DNA from: Botryllus schlosseri
Taxonomy: Eukaryota
Length of the DNA: 64,000 bases
Assembly (NCBI GenBank): GCA_051294905.1
Contig: CM119372.1
Coordinates: 4,900,001 to 4,964,000 of the forward strand
Direction of reading: 5' to 3'
Below are positions 48,661 to 62,000 of this stretch, one piece after another. The notes under the pieces were generated by a model. The model was not told where the DNA came from, made no database searches, and was given only the letters and a program-made list of their open reading frames with translations. A program made the translations under genes and the position numbers. Each line of letters starts with the position of its first letter. The first letter of the stretch is position 1.

Positions 48661-49335
48661 TGGGTGCCATCCTTCAAACTCACGTGATCGTTCTTCTGAC
48701 TGACGTAACCGCATAACTGGAGAGGAGGCGGGTACATGAATGCTACATCACAGGACAGCTCGTATAGGACGGTTAATTCGGATTACGCTGTAGGTGGTTT
48801 ATCCAACCTTGGGTATACGGCATCACTGACTGGATGACTATTGATATCAGTCACACAATCAAATAATCAATATTGGATATTCAGTCGTCGCTCCGCTACT
48901 GGGATTTTTTGCTAGCCATTAGCAAAGTGGGCTTTTATTTCAACAAGTACGATAATGCGGTTTCATGATTATATACAGTCAAATCAGCATATGCCATCAT
49001 CAAAATATCATCGCCAGTCGTAATCATTCGGCCGGGCATTGCAGAGGATCCGAAGTGCAGCCAGATGCCTGGATATTCTCACCTATGATAGCAACCATGT
49101 CACAGAAATAGTATTCTCTGAAGAAATCTCTGACACTTTCGTGGGTTGAAACGCGAAAAGCTCGGGCTAGCGAGCTGCACAGCATGCGACCTCGAGTAAA
49201 GAGGCTCCTGTCCATATGAGCCTGAATATTTGAAAGATGTTTTCTTATTGGCGGTACCTTAATAATGCAGTACTCTGTACAGAGTTCATAAATATACAAC
49301 TGTGCAATATCTTGATTGGGAATCGTTGAGTGGCC
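48040..49335. repeat. Segmental duplication block A (paralogous to ~54650-56090)
   Basis: Colinear, moderately diverged alignment covering a MITE end, the Pro-rich exon, the intergenic UTRs and the transferrin last exon. Confidence 0.9.
48314..48660 (+). CDS. Proline-rich terminal exon (probable cytoplasmic tail of the membrane protein)
   Basis: After a TAG acceptor: VPPRPPKPPQY, PPPDLPPRR, PPTPPPKRK, RPPPPPPR, PPQLPPKP, stop. Confidence 0.7.
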
Positions 49336-49649
49336 AAAGGAGCATATTCATATGTATAGTGAAGGCAATCTATAGCATACGCGTTGCAACGTTTGAAGGT
49401 GTGACTGTACACTGTACAGTAGGGGTGTTGAAAAATAATTTTTTTATTCTTGATTCCAGCCATTCAATCATTAAATTGTCAGGTTACCCTAAAGAATGCT
49501 GCACGCCAAATTTGGTTCAATTCTAACAAGTATAGGGCTCCGCAGATGCAATTAAATTTTTTAATTCAAACAGGAAAATTAAAAAAAAATTCAAATTTTT
49601 CTGTTAACCTCATGAAATTGTTGAGCTGTCTTTAGAGACGATGCTTAAC

Positions 49650-49802
49650 AAATTTGACTCAATTCCAACTAGTAGAAGCGGAGTTATTGGAGTTTTTCGT
49701 TGATAATCCGAGAATTATCAACGACAAACTCGAATAATTTCAATTATCAACGAAAAACTCAGATAACTCCGCTACCACTGGTCGGAATTGAGGCAAATTT
49801 AT
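49650..49802. repeat. Small inverted-repeat (MITE-like) hairpin
   Basis: AAATTTGACTCAATTCC...GCGGAGTTAT..GAGTTTTTCGTTGATAAT mirrored by ATTATCAACGAAAAACTC..ATAACTCCGC...GGAATTGAGGCAAATTT. Confidence 0.65.
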
Positions 49803-50057
49803 TTTGCATCGTTCGGTAACGAAGATTTTGGTGGATAGGGCATCAGATCTCTACCATGGGGCGAGGTGTGAATCAGGTGAGCGAAACTTTCAGGCACCAA
49901 GTTGTGCTTTCACACGCATTTCAATGAGTCGAGTACACCAATTAATATGGCGATATATTCCTGGGGTGTATTGGGTTCTCTTTATGTGTACCACCTTTAT
50001 AGGATTTCTTCAAGTGGTACAGGAAAACAGAGTACACTACAATCCTGGTCAGTCGGC

Positions 50058-50207
<150 letters not shown>

Positions 50208-51481
50208 AGTCGACACACTATCCTGCGCAGGGAACTCAAAAGGCTGCTTGACGCTATACTAATAGTGTGTTTTGTTACCATATCATTGAAAGTGATCAAT
50301 GCTTGCGGAGCTTAAGCTATGGTGACGAGCCAATGTCCCCATCGGAATGGCCCACCCGGACGATTTTGCAATTGCGGTGTGACAGGATTTTGCATTTTTC
50401 AACGTGCACATGCTGTATGCTCGATCTTCTTTTTCACAGCTGCCAAACCGTAATATGCAGCGTCTGGAAATGGAATAGTAATTTTGCAATTCGATCCATA
50501 GGAATTCTTTCAAGTGCGTTAAAGTTACCTCCCATCCCATAGTCTTCACAGCCGACCGCTGAAAGACCCTTAGAATTGAAGAATACGAATTTACTGATGA
50601 CAAACTTTGGTAGCAGGCCGGATTCAAGCCTTTGAGACCATTAAAAATGTCAACCTCCAAATCCAAACCTTCGTTTTTTTCTGGGATGCTTTATTATCAA
50701 GTATACGTTATATTACGGATCATAGAGGCTAGCAACTCCTTCATTCGAAAGCAACAGAATCATCAAAAATATGACGATTGGTCCTTTGAGCACAGTTATA
50801 TACCGCCCAAATATAGTGGCTCTGACGACGATAAAAGTCGGCATACTTTTATGTTCCTTTTGCCTTAGTCTTGGTGCGACATTCGGGTTGTAACTTGCAC
50901 ACAGCGGTTTCGTAAGAAGTTTTCGTTTATTAGTTGGTACAGTTTCCCACTAAACTCTGAAGTGTGAGTGAGCAACGTCACCGACTTGATTCTAATGGTG
51001 ACTAGAGTGGAAACTCAACACTGCCGTCGGCTGGTTATATTGTGGCCTGTGAACATGTTCGACATCTGCTGTTTTGTGGGATTATTCACGTCATTTTTCT
51101 ACTTACTTGGAAATAAATGGATTGGAATTGGATGAAGTCGTGTGGCGGGCCGTATGTGTCACACCCCGTCATAACAAGCGGTATACGAATAATAGACTTG
51201 GAATGGAATCAGTCAGGTACTATACTGTCGCCCAGGGTCAATCGTACGTGCTTGGAAGATCCTAGTACCCGTCCCAATGCAACACTCCGACCAAAATTAC
51301 GTAACCTTGATTGCATTTACGCATGCGTAATATTCTTCCGACAGAATTAAAACGCACGTAATAGCCAAGAAGCGACCATTAACATTGGTACTCGCAACAG
51401 TATTGCATCTATCGAGCGCGTTCTGTGAACTACAGCACCACCTCCATGAACGCTCGTCTGACGTTTGACTAGCTCCTACAC

Positions 51482-52864
51482 CAGGGGTCACCAACACGCG
51501 GCCCGCGGGCCGCATGCGGCCCTCGAGGTCCTATTTTGCGGCCCGCGACCTGATTTGAAAAAGTTTCAGAAAAACGCCTAGTAAATCATTTTGAAACGCT
51601 GAAATTTATTTCAATTTAAACATGATGTTGTTGTTGTTCAAAGTAAGCCATTATTATATGCCCAATATCAGTATTCCTTACTAGTTGATACGGCTTCGGC
51701 ATGGTAATATCATTCCATGGATAAAGAATTTGCTGGTACGAATGGGCATAATATATTGCCTTGACGTGCAATGGCCCACCACTGCCAAGACCGAGACGCG
51801 TGAAAAACGACTTCGGGCTCTCCAAAAGACCATGCTTTACGAAGAGATAGTTGTCTAGCAAGTAGACCTACCGTGTCTAGCTAACCCAAATATTGATTCT
51901 TTAATCTAGGGGAGGCCAATCTGCGGCAGTAGAAGGGAAATTATGCGGCTGTCGACATTTTTGATAACAACCCTTCGTTTTCTAAGATACCCCTTGCATC
52001 AGCTCTATCGGTGAATCTGATCACATTGGCCGAGAAAGGATAAATATTTTATAGTAATATGTGAAACTATACGAATATTGATGAAATTCACTAATGAACA
52101 TGAAAACGTTTTCGCGCCTCGCGCGACTACAAACCGAGGTTTCATGTCGCTCTTTACAACATAACGATTTCGATGCGCATAGTAAGCCGATATGTATAAA
52201 TTGATTAGTTCGGAGTGTACCGGCAATGGACATGGACAGTTTAACGTGGGCATTTGGCCCCAGAAACCATACGAATATTGACGAAATTCACTAATGAACA
52301 TGAAAACGTTTTCGCGCTTCGCGCGACTACAAACCGCGGATTCCTGTGGCTTTGTACAACATAACTGCTAACGATTTCGGTGCACATAGTAAGCCGATAT
52401 GTATAAATTGATTAGTTCGGAGTGTACCGGCAATGGACATGGACAGTTCAACGTGGGCATTTGACCCCAGCTAGTATATCACGACTAACCACCTGCATGC
52501 GGCCGCAGGCTACATGAGTAATCGAAATGCGGCCATGAATAGCAAAAATGTTGGCCACCCCTGTTTTAGCGGCTACAGAGTGTTGTCAGGTATCGTGTAC
52601 AGCTCATAGTTCAAAATATAACGAAATTGTTGATCATGATACTTTTTGTTATATTTGTGTTTGTTCAATAAAATATTATTTCTTTTGTGGTGACTATAAC
52701 CGTCGCCCATGTTAGAGTGCACAGCATTGTAATAACGTAGAGTTATCAGATGTGGTTGTTGAACTGCGTTGCCTACTTTTATATCGACATTGATGTCCTG
52801 CGGCCCGTGGCCTCTAGGAATTCGGAAAAGTGGCCCGCGACCCATTTTGAGTTGGCGACCCCTG
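51482..52864. mobile_element. hAT (Buster-like) MITE with an internal ~200-bp tandem duplication and an extra internal TIR at ~52550-52563
   Basis: TIR CAGGGGTCACCAAC / GTTGGCGACCCCTG, perfect TSD TCCTACAC; direct repeat 52068-52262 / 52268-52470. Confidence 0.85.
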
Positions 52865-53975
52865 TCCTACACCGACATAAAACTCCAACGAATCAATCTA
52901 TTATATACAGAGAGGCCGACCGAAGAACAACGATGACACTATTAACGATGTGATTATAATGTGTGCAAATAATAATAAACGGTCTTGAAATAGGCGTAGC
53001 CTATATTGCCTGCAACTTGCATATGACCTGTGCGATTCGATTTATAGTACACGCAAGCTGCGCGTAGGGACTCGGACAGCATAACAACACCTGAGACGGA
53101 AATCTGGAAGATATCGCTTAATCCTTGGAACAATACTTTATTAGAAGCGTTTTGTGATCGTGGCACTTGCAGATAAGTCGAATAGGCTATGGTCAGCACG
53201 CGGGACCGGCCGACGGCCAAATCGAAATAAAGCAATACGGTATGCAATGCAAGGCATTACATGTATTGATGTAGTGAATAGAGCATATAACTCACCAAAG
53301 AGGCCTAAGACTTCGATGGCAAAGAATATCTGTTTCAGAGTAGCCAGAGCGAAAAGATGACCTTTTTTTTTAGTCATCCACCTGGCAACGTGGAGAGAAA
53401 AACGGTATTTCGAGCTCTGAGCGGAAAAGATGACCTTTTTTTTAGTCAACCGATCACAAAGTGGGAAAAATTCACCGGTTTTTGAGAATTCTTCTCCGGT
53501 TTTGCAAGTGTCAAGTGTCCTCTTTTTAGATTTCCAGAATATGGTAAGCCTACTATCTCTACAATAACAGACACATCAATTGCACGACTTCATAAACGCA
53601 AACACTTTTATCTACGTCGACAGAATGGCTCCGGAATGGTGTTCACTTGAACTTCGTAGACTATTTAACGATGTATTTATCCTGTATTGAGAATCGAAAA
53701 GCACCAACCGAAAATTACTAAAATATGCCTATGCACTGCAGTTGATTTGAATCGTTTCCCTTCATTATGTATTACGGGGAATAGTTTTATAATCCAGAGA
53801 CCGAAGGTCTCAAATGTTCAAAATCACACAGGGGAAAGGGTGCCCTACCATGTAGATCTCGTATTTCAGCTCAAACGCCAGACTCCCAAACTTACACTAA
53901 TATGCATGTGTAATTGTGTATCTCCTAATTTAACAAGACTTTATATCCATTGTTATTGAGATCATACTATAATGG

Positions 53976-54112
53976 AAGTGATTCTCAGCACCTGATGTAA
54001 CACCACAAGAAACAATAACTTCCATAGTCAATTTATTCACCAAAAGCTTCTCGACTGACTCTCATCAGTAGAGAACACTAGTAATACAGTCGAACAAATT
54101 CGAGATATAGGA
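53976..54112 (-). mobile_element. Diverged solo pseudo-LTR related to the Penelope element, with a decayed hammerhead
   Basis: Minus strand GTTCTCTA-CTGATGA-GAGTCAGTC-GAGA-AGCTTTTGGTGAATAAATTGACTATGGAAGTTATTGTTTC...AATCACTT aligns with 39645-39781; core GAAA changed to GAGA. Confidence 0.8.
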
Positions 54113-54290
54113 AATATAGATAGCTAATGATATATATAAAGTCTATTGACTGAAATGCTGCATGAAGGATGTAGACACCAGTTGTTCGTAACCTTTACTT
54201 AACTTGAAGAACACTCGTACTAATTACTACGATTATGTTCATTATTACTATTACTATGTTCCTATAGCTTACTGGCGCACAAAATGAACT

Positions 54291-54352
54291 GTTGAATAGT
54301 ATTTTCATATTGTAACGAACACGAATATGTTCGGCTGACACTCGGCAGGGTT
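54291..54352 (-). ncRNA. Degenerate family-2 hammerhead repeat
   Basis: Minus strand ACC-CTGCCGA-GTGTCAGCC-GAACATATTC-GTGT...CAATATGAAAATACTATTCAA, homologous to 24164-24235; core mutated. Confidence 0.65.
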
Positions 54353-54649
54353 TTGGGCCATGTAACATGCGACTCCGAGAAGTGTTCCAGAACGATCGGC
54401 AACGAGTAAACCTTGGCCGAAGTGCCCTTATGCTGACCGAAAACTTCGATATATTCCTAATAGCTATATTAATCAGGAATGTAAAACATCAAATATTAAA
54501 TGCATTTAGAAGAGTGGAACGTATTTCTTGTATGTTGTCGCAATTAGGAGCTCATAACTTCCATAGAACCAGGTATGGGTATGAGTATCTAGTATCTAAA
54601 ACGCATCAATAAATGGAGTTTCCAATATTACACTCCAGTTGTCGTAATC

Positions 54650-56090
54650 AAATTTAGGTTGAATTATAGGTTTTGAGGGTTCGCCGATACGCAAGATGTA
54701 TTCAGAAGCTTTACCGGTTAGCGAGGTCGAAAAGTTCGAGAACCACTGAGCTAGAATACAATTGTCCCGTTCGTACTGATGTACAAAGAACAATGGCCCA
54801 ATGGTAGACATTCACAAACCACTTGGGGCGCCAACACCTCGTCCTATCGTCCGTAGTAAACAAACAAAACCTAGCTTTATTCGCCACTGCCTGTTGGATT
54901 CGGGTAACAGTATGCGCCGACAGCAGCTGCCAAGACACGTGATCTTCACCACTCATAGTAATAGGCCTAGTCCTCATAAATAGGTTACAGGCCTGTCATT
55001 CTGCAGTGTAGCCTATATATATTGAGGTACATGCTATCGAATATCTAGATCTACGGAACGGCCCAGTCGCAGAAGTTCCAAACACAAACAGCGTCGCAGT
55101 TTCACCCAGACCTCCGAAACCGCCGCAGTACAACAACAATGTGTTTGAAGGTTCTCCGACGCCGGATTTGCCACCGTGTCGGCCGTCACTATTGGATGAC
55201 GACAGCACAGGGTTTAGTGCCCCTTCTACACCGCCTCGCAGGAGTAAACATATTCTTTTGGAGACTGAAATGAATCAGGAAGATCTTCATTTCCGCCCCC
55301 CCCCAACCTCCTCCGTAAGGTAACGGCAGTTCAAATATGGATGAACAAATCGCCACGCATCCAAATTTGCCACCAAAGCCGCTTAGCGCATCCTGATGGG
55401 TGCCATCCATCAAACTCGCATTCAGGTTGATCGTTCTACTGACTGTCGTAACCTCATAACTGGAGAGGAGGCGGGTACATAAATGCTAGATCACAGGACA
55501 GCTTGTATAGGACGGCAAATTCGGATTACGCTGTAGTAGGTTTATCCAACCTTGGGAATACGGTATCTCTGACTGAATGACTATTGACTTCGGTCGTAAA
55601 ATCAAATAATCATTGTTGGTTATGCAATACACTCGTCGCTCCGCTACTCGGATCTTTTATTAGCCATTAGCAAAGTAAGCTTTTATTTCAACAAGTACAA
55701 TAATGCGGTTCCATAATTATATGCAGTCAAATCAGCATTGTCCCCTCATCAAAATATCATCGCTGATCATCATCATTCGGTTGGGCATTGCAGAGGATCC
55801 GAAGTGCAGCCAGATGCCTGGATATTCTCACCTACGAGAGCGACCATGTTGCAGAAATAGTCTTCTCCTAAGAAATCTCTGACAGTTTCGTGGGTTGAAG
55901 CGCGGAAAGTGGCTCGCGAGCTCCACAGCATGCTACCTCGAGTAAAGAGGCTCCTGTCCATGTTAGCCTGTATACATGAAAGACGTCATTCATATTGACG
56001 ACACCTTAATAATAGAGTAGGGTACTTTGTACAAAGTTCATAAATATACAATTGTGCGATATCTTGATTGGCGAATCATGGAGTAGCCAG
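54650..56090. repeat. Segmental duplication block A' (paralogous to 48040-49335)
   Basis: Colinear alignment with block A; homology resumes at 63528-63925 vs 50207-50600. Confidence 0.9.
55049..55396 (+). pseudogene. Duplicated, frameshifted copy of the proline-rich terminal exon
   Basis: DLRNGPVAEVPNTNSVAVSPRPPKPPQYNNN...HFRPPP, then a frameshift in a C run gives a stop at 55323; several Pro motifs are eroded. Confidence 0.75.
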
Positions 56091-59000
56091 TTTAAATGTG
56101 GGCAATCCATCGACGTTGCTTAGTTTACATTGGAAATGCATTCATAGCGTTTGGAATTCGTTTTAGGATTTGATACGGTAACTGCGTGACCAGAGTCAGG
56201 TGTGCATGTGCATTACCGTAATTTTCCATGTATAATGCGCAAAAATTTACCGATTTTTTGCCCTAAAATAGGAGGGTGCGTATTATACATGGGTACAGCA
56301 AGTCTTAAAAAAAATATCCATCGATCAAAAACTTGAAATCACACCTTTCTTCATGTTTTTTTTTCACTCGCGCATCACCTCTAGCCATCTTGCCCCCGTA
56401 ATTCGTATCATAGAGTGTAACGCGCGGCCAAATAGAGAAGCGTGTTGCCAAAAGCGTGTTGCTAATTGACGAGAGTCGTCTGCACAGCATGCGATCTCTT
56501 ACTGATTCCGAGCTAGTTTGCCGTTGTGCGCGAGCGAAATTAGGTCGTTGATTGCTACAAGCGTGCGCGACAATCCTTGCTGATTCATCTCGCATCAACG
56601 ACAGGCCTTATTACACTCGCAGTCGCATATGCAGGATGCCATGTGCGCATTGCTCAAGATATAGTCGCTTGCGCAACCAGTCGCATCTCCAACGGGACTG
56701 GTGCGCCCGATATAACCGTTGGCATGAGCAATCGCATCTGTAATTGTAATAGGTCTCGTGCCCAAGATGTCGTGTGTCGCTAGCCTGAACTATCGCGTCG
56801 CCGGCCTCGCAGGCTTTGGCGACTATCTACTCTCGCTTAGAGACAATGCCGTTAATTGTATTAACTCTCTCACAAATAAATTGACCGCTTACGAAGTGAT
56901 CGAAGCTTACAGCTTATGCTGTCGTAAACTAGTATAATAAAGTATTTTGTTAGAAAAATGTCTATTACAGTTCTCTGTAGCTGAACCAAACCTCTTTATT
57001 GAAATTAAATTCGAAGATAGTTTATATAGTCCTCGACCATTGGCGCAGGCTCGAATTGTATCAAAGCCATTTGTAAATGGGTAATGCATTGCATCTTATC
57101 AATTCGTTTCTCTATTCTCTATATTGGCTGGTAACTATAAACTGAGGCTATGCCATTATAATTGCGTAGTTTAGCATTTCTACGTATATGTAAGCTAGGC
57201 TTACCATATTTTGGAAATGTAGAAAGAGGACACTTTTTCAGAAATTTGAGACTTGCAAAACCGGGGAAGAATTCTCAAAAATCGGTGAATTTTTCCGACT
57301 GTGTCAAAAAAGGTCATCTTTCCGCTCAGAACTCAAAATACCGTTTCTCGCTCCACCTTGATAGGTGGATGACCAAAAAAAAAGGTCAACTTTTCGCTCG
57401 GAGCTCAAATCGCCGTTTTTCACTCCGAAATGCTCGCCGGAGCGTCCCTTCTGTACTAATTTTAGGCATATCACTCGCATTTTGCTCTAAATGTGACCTC
57501 ATTTTTCAAAAAAGAGGACAAAATCTCAAAAAAGAGGACAAAAGGGCGTCCTCCGAGGACACTTTCAAAAAAGTCAAAAAAGAGGACAAATCCTCTTAAA
57601 AGAGGACGTATGGTAACCCTATGTAAGCGATACAGCCCCGTCTTACGTGTATATTTGACTTCATATTCGTTCATCGGTTCAAAATCAATGACCAGTTAAT
57701 CCGTATTTCAGACAGCTAGCAAAATGCAATGGCGTAGGCATTCGAAAAGGCAACTTGACTTGAAATGTGACTTGACTCGTGACTTGACTTGACTTGACTC
57801 GACTTGACTCGAGTCACCTCCAAAAATCGAGTGACTTGACTTGACTCGAGTCACCTTCAAAAATCGATTGACTTGACTTGACTCAAGTCAAAATGTGCAA
57901 TGACTCGAAATGACTCGTGACTCGAAGGTAGTGACTTGATCCCAACTCTGCATTAAAGGCCATCTTCGACTACAGAGTTACATATTCGTATTGCTACTTG
58001 CTCGGTATAGAACACATACAGCATCTATGCTTCCTTTGCGGGTTACTGGCTTCACGTGCAGTGAGCACTGAGGCTAGTGTAGCCTACTGTACAGTGTACA
58101 GTATACACTGTACTGTACAATGTACAATTGTACAATGTACATGTACGTCGTACATAGATATCATAACGATATGGTATTCTGCGCGCATGTAGCCATTGAA
58201 TCAGTAGCGCCAGTGTAACAACATTTTTAATCATTTCAATTGACACGAATCTTACTATGATATAGTTCACGATTCAGCGGCGCGACCCCCTCGAAATCTT
58301 TGCGTGTGATTCCCTTCGTGGTCGCAACCAATAGGCTGGGAGCCACTGTCCTATAAGGCTATAACTATAACATCAGTGGGAATAATATGATTTTGCAAGA
58401 ACAAGATTTAAAACACCAAGTTGCATTTGAATCTGCAAGACGAGGGCTTGGCAAACTTGATTACCTGATTCGGCCTTGAAGATCGACATGATACGACACG
58501 AATTCAGGATTTGGATCACGACTTTGAAACTAAAATCTTAATCAGGACTTGGATTAGCATATGATAAATCAGCGCCGATTGTGTAACCGGTGTGGATTTT
58601 GTTTCGTATTTATTGGTCTGCTACTGGGAAGCTTCCACCCGGAACGTATTGGCGAAGGCGCCTTGCAAATTGAATCGAATGTGAAAGCTCTCTTTCTTGA
58701 ACACCCAATTATTTAGTATATACAAAAGGCGGAATTATCCCCAGGGTCTGCAGAAAATTTGATCGAGGGCCGCAGTGTGGCCACCTCTGTATTATAACAT
58801 TGGTTCCCAAGATATCGGTGTCGTTAGAATTTACATGGCTCATGTGTTTTCACTGCATGTTGAAAGCTCATACCCGTGCATATTCGAGGGCATCTATCAG
58901 AGTTTCTGAATGTTTATCATCTCCTTTTCTCATGATCATACCACGTGAAGGAATTCTTCCAAGGTTACAACTTCTCCAATTCGATGGATGATCCCTGGAA

Positions 59001-62000
59001 TCGAGAATAGGTACATAGGTCTTAATAAATACGGATACGAATAAGGATTGTACTGGTACATATAGATTCATCTAATTGGCGAAAGTCTCTTCGTATTCTT
59101 GGCATTCGCATCGCCGTATAAGTTTATTGTGGCGAATTATTAATATATGTATGTTAATAATATACATCATAATTAGACCAAATATAATTTTACGGAAATC
59201 TGAGCACCAAAAATACCAAGACACCAGGGTTGTAATGACTCGAGTCATGACTCGACTCGAGTCAGACTCGAGTCATAATTTTCTGATGACTCGACTTGAC
59301 TCGAGTCTTTTTCTCAAAATACGGAAATACTCGACTCGACTCGAGTCAGTCTGAGTATTGACTCGACTTGGACTCAAGTCATTGCGCATGACTCGAACCA
59401 AGTCATATGACTCGAGACTCAGACGGTCAAGACCGACATTTCATTGTAATTTCGAAGAACAGTAAAGTATAACCACCCCATTGGGATTTCGGATATTGGT
59501 CCTTGTGCTTGAAAATTCGATCAAAAAGTGCTAAAAGTGAGAAAAATTGGTATATTATAAATCCGGACCATCCGATATCATCAAACAGAGTTGTAAAAGT
59601 GGGTTTAACGCGACGTTAACTTCAAACTGAGCAGTCAACACAATGACTTGGACTCGGACCCGAGTCATAATACCATGACTCGGACTCGATCCTCTGCTTG
59701 ATGACTTGGACTCGGACTTGACTCGGTGGTAAATTGAAAATGACTCGACTTGACTCGAGTCAAAACTAGAAAAGTGAGATTGACTTGTGACTCGGAGCTT
59801 TGTGACTTGGTTACAACCCTGCAAGACACTTTCGTGAACTAGATGAATGTGTAATGTGCATTGGACATTCTGGTGGATATAGGGGGAATAAGAGAGTGGC
59901 GCTATGCATAGCGACACCGTCACGACACCAATGGCTGTTTGTTCGAGTCCTGACTCTGTCACGTTTCTATGTGTCGGATCGGAGGTTTATCTTGGCTCCT
60001 CATCGCTATTCTCACTGCCATAGAAGTGTTTCAAAAAGCCTAGGTCGAGGGTGAGCCGAGTCACGAAAGTATAGGCAGCAAAGATATATAGTTCCGGGCG
60101 CACGTAAAACGAGAGATACTGATGTTTGAAGCGCGCGAGTGCGGTAGTCGTCCGGAAGATATCGAAGGCAAAGATCATGAATTGAACATTACCAACTCAT
60201 TGTCGTGAAGCACATGACCTTAATACACTGTTATGCATTAAATAATACAAGCCATTCTTGGTGATGAGTCACTTAGATGAACTTATAGTGGACAGTAACT
60301 GTTAGTTTGCCCGTTCGGGAATGGATGACTGTAATGACTGCCGCCGGAATCACTAAAACTCGTAATGCAACTCCACCTTGACCATGATCCCGATCAGCTT
60401 ACCCATGACGGGGAGACTCCCTACTTCTAAGTGGTGACATGTAATACTTGGACCTGTGTCTCCGACTTCGGACTCCTTCTGGGTGTATGTATAGGATAAC
60501 TGATAATTTTATGCATGCCGATAGCGGGACAGAACTGCATAATGTGTGACGTACCGATATCAGCCAAAATCGATATTTCACAAAGTATTGTGTATTGTGT
60601 GCTGACGTTATATTTTGTGATACGATTGTTGATATACGATGTTCTTATAAATTCTCTACTAGTTGCTGACGATTACCCCTGACGAGTGTCAGCCGAACAT
60701 ATTCGGGTTCATTTCAATATAAATATCCTATTCAATGGTATATTGCAGTTTTGCACCTCCAAGAAGCTGTTCAAAGTATCGTGTCTACATCTCGCAACTC
60801 AGGACAGATTAGTCATATACCAGACCTGCTTCCATCTTTGCATAGGAGACTGAATCTGTCTGCATCTTCGTCAGGAATGACGTTGTTCTTGATGAAAGCT
60901 ACATCTCCTGCGGACTCATTTAAGCATCTGAATAAAAGTTTATCACCGCATATCATTATGAATTTACGCACATGACTCAGTTGGTATATATTCTATACAT
61001 TAAGCTGGTTTTACAAATGTTATCCTGCAATCCATGTAATTGAAGATGGTGAAATCGAGAATTCCCTTAAATTGGTATTTTCATTCGTTCAAGCATTTTT
61101 TTCAAGCACGAATAGGCTATATTTTTCGAGTTGGTTATGCGAAACATATCCTTTTGGGTTTATATATTTGTAATCTGACTCTTAAAGGGGCACCGCGCTC
61201 TAAAAATGATGTGGTCTCAAATTGAAAGTAAAAACGAACAAAAATTTTTGGCCGCAGCTATTTCCTTCAGAACGCCACTGTAATGGAGATGCAATTTATT
61301 GAAATTTCTACAAGACCAGCTGCCGCGGCTGCTTAACCCGTTACATGGCACGATGTCTTCATCGTCGCACTTGCTCGACGCGCTGAGGCAGTCACGCAGA
61401 GAACGAAACTAAGACACACTTCCTTCAGAACATCGGCTGACAACTATCTAAAATTCGTTCTCTGCGTGACTACCTAATCACGTCGAGCAAGTGCGACGGT
61501 TAAGATATTGTGCCATGTAACGGGTTAAGCAACCGCGCCGGCTGGTCTTGTAGAAATTTCAATAAATTGCAGCTCCCTTACGGTGGCGTTCTGAAGGAAA
61601 TGGCCGCGGCCAAAAATTTTTGTTCGTTTTTACCTTCAATTTGAGACCACATCATTTTTAGAGCGCAGTGCCCCTTTAAGGGGTCAGTGCCTCACCAATG
61701 AATCGCACCGCACGCAACTGGAATATAAATCAGATTTATTCGTGGAATGGAAATTCCATGTAAAGAATGGGGTATTCTAAGCGACAATATATTTGTATTA
61801 CCCGGTGTGCTGGTCATCATAAATATATAATAGACTCAGCAGTTAGCACTCATATAGCAATGATGACAACATATGACCCATATATCTGTGTACGCCTACG
61901 GAGTGCTAACCTGAATGCGCCACCGTATCCATAGTAAGTCTCGTCAGCATCTCGATCACATACGTGGTTTCCGTTTTCATCTCCTATGCACAAATCGCAC

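Noticed and set aside
50283..50285. In-frame TGA as possible selenocysteine
   Set aside because: The paralogue has Leu here, and the same copy has a frameshift, a lost acceptor and missing exons; it is a nonsense mutation.
57752..59821. Short repeated GACTCGAGTC units (also GTAATC and TACTT arrays) as CRISPR-like arrays
   Set aside because: No constant repeat with unique spacers, no cas genes, eukaryotic context; they are subterminal repeats of TIR elements.
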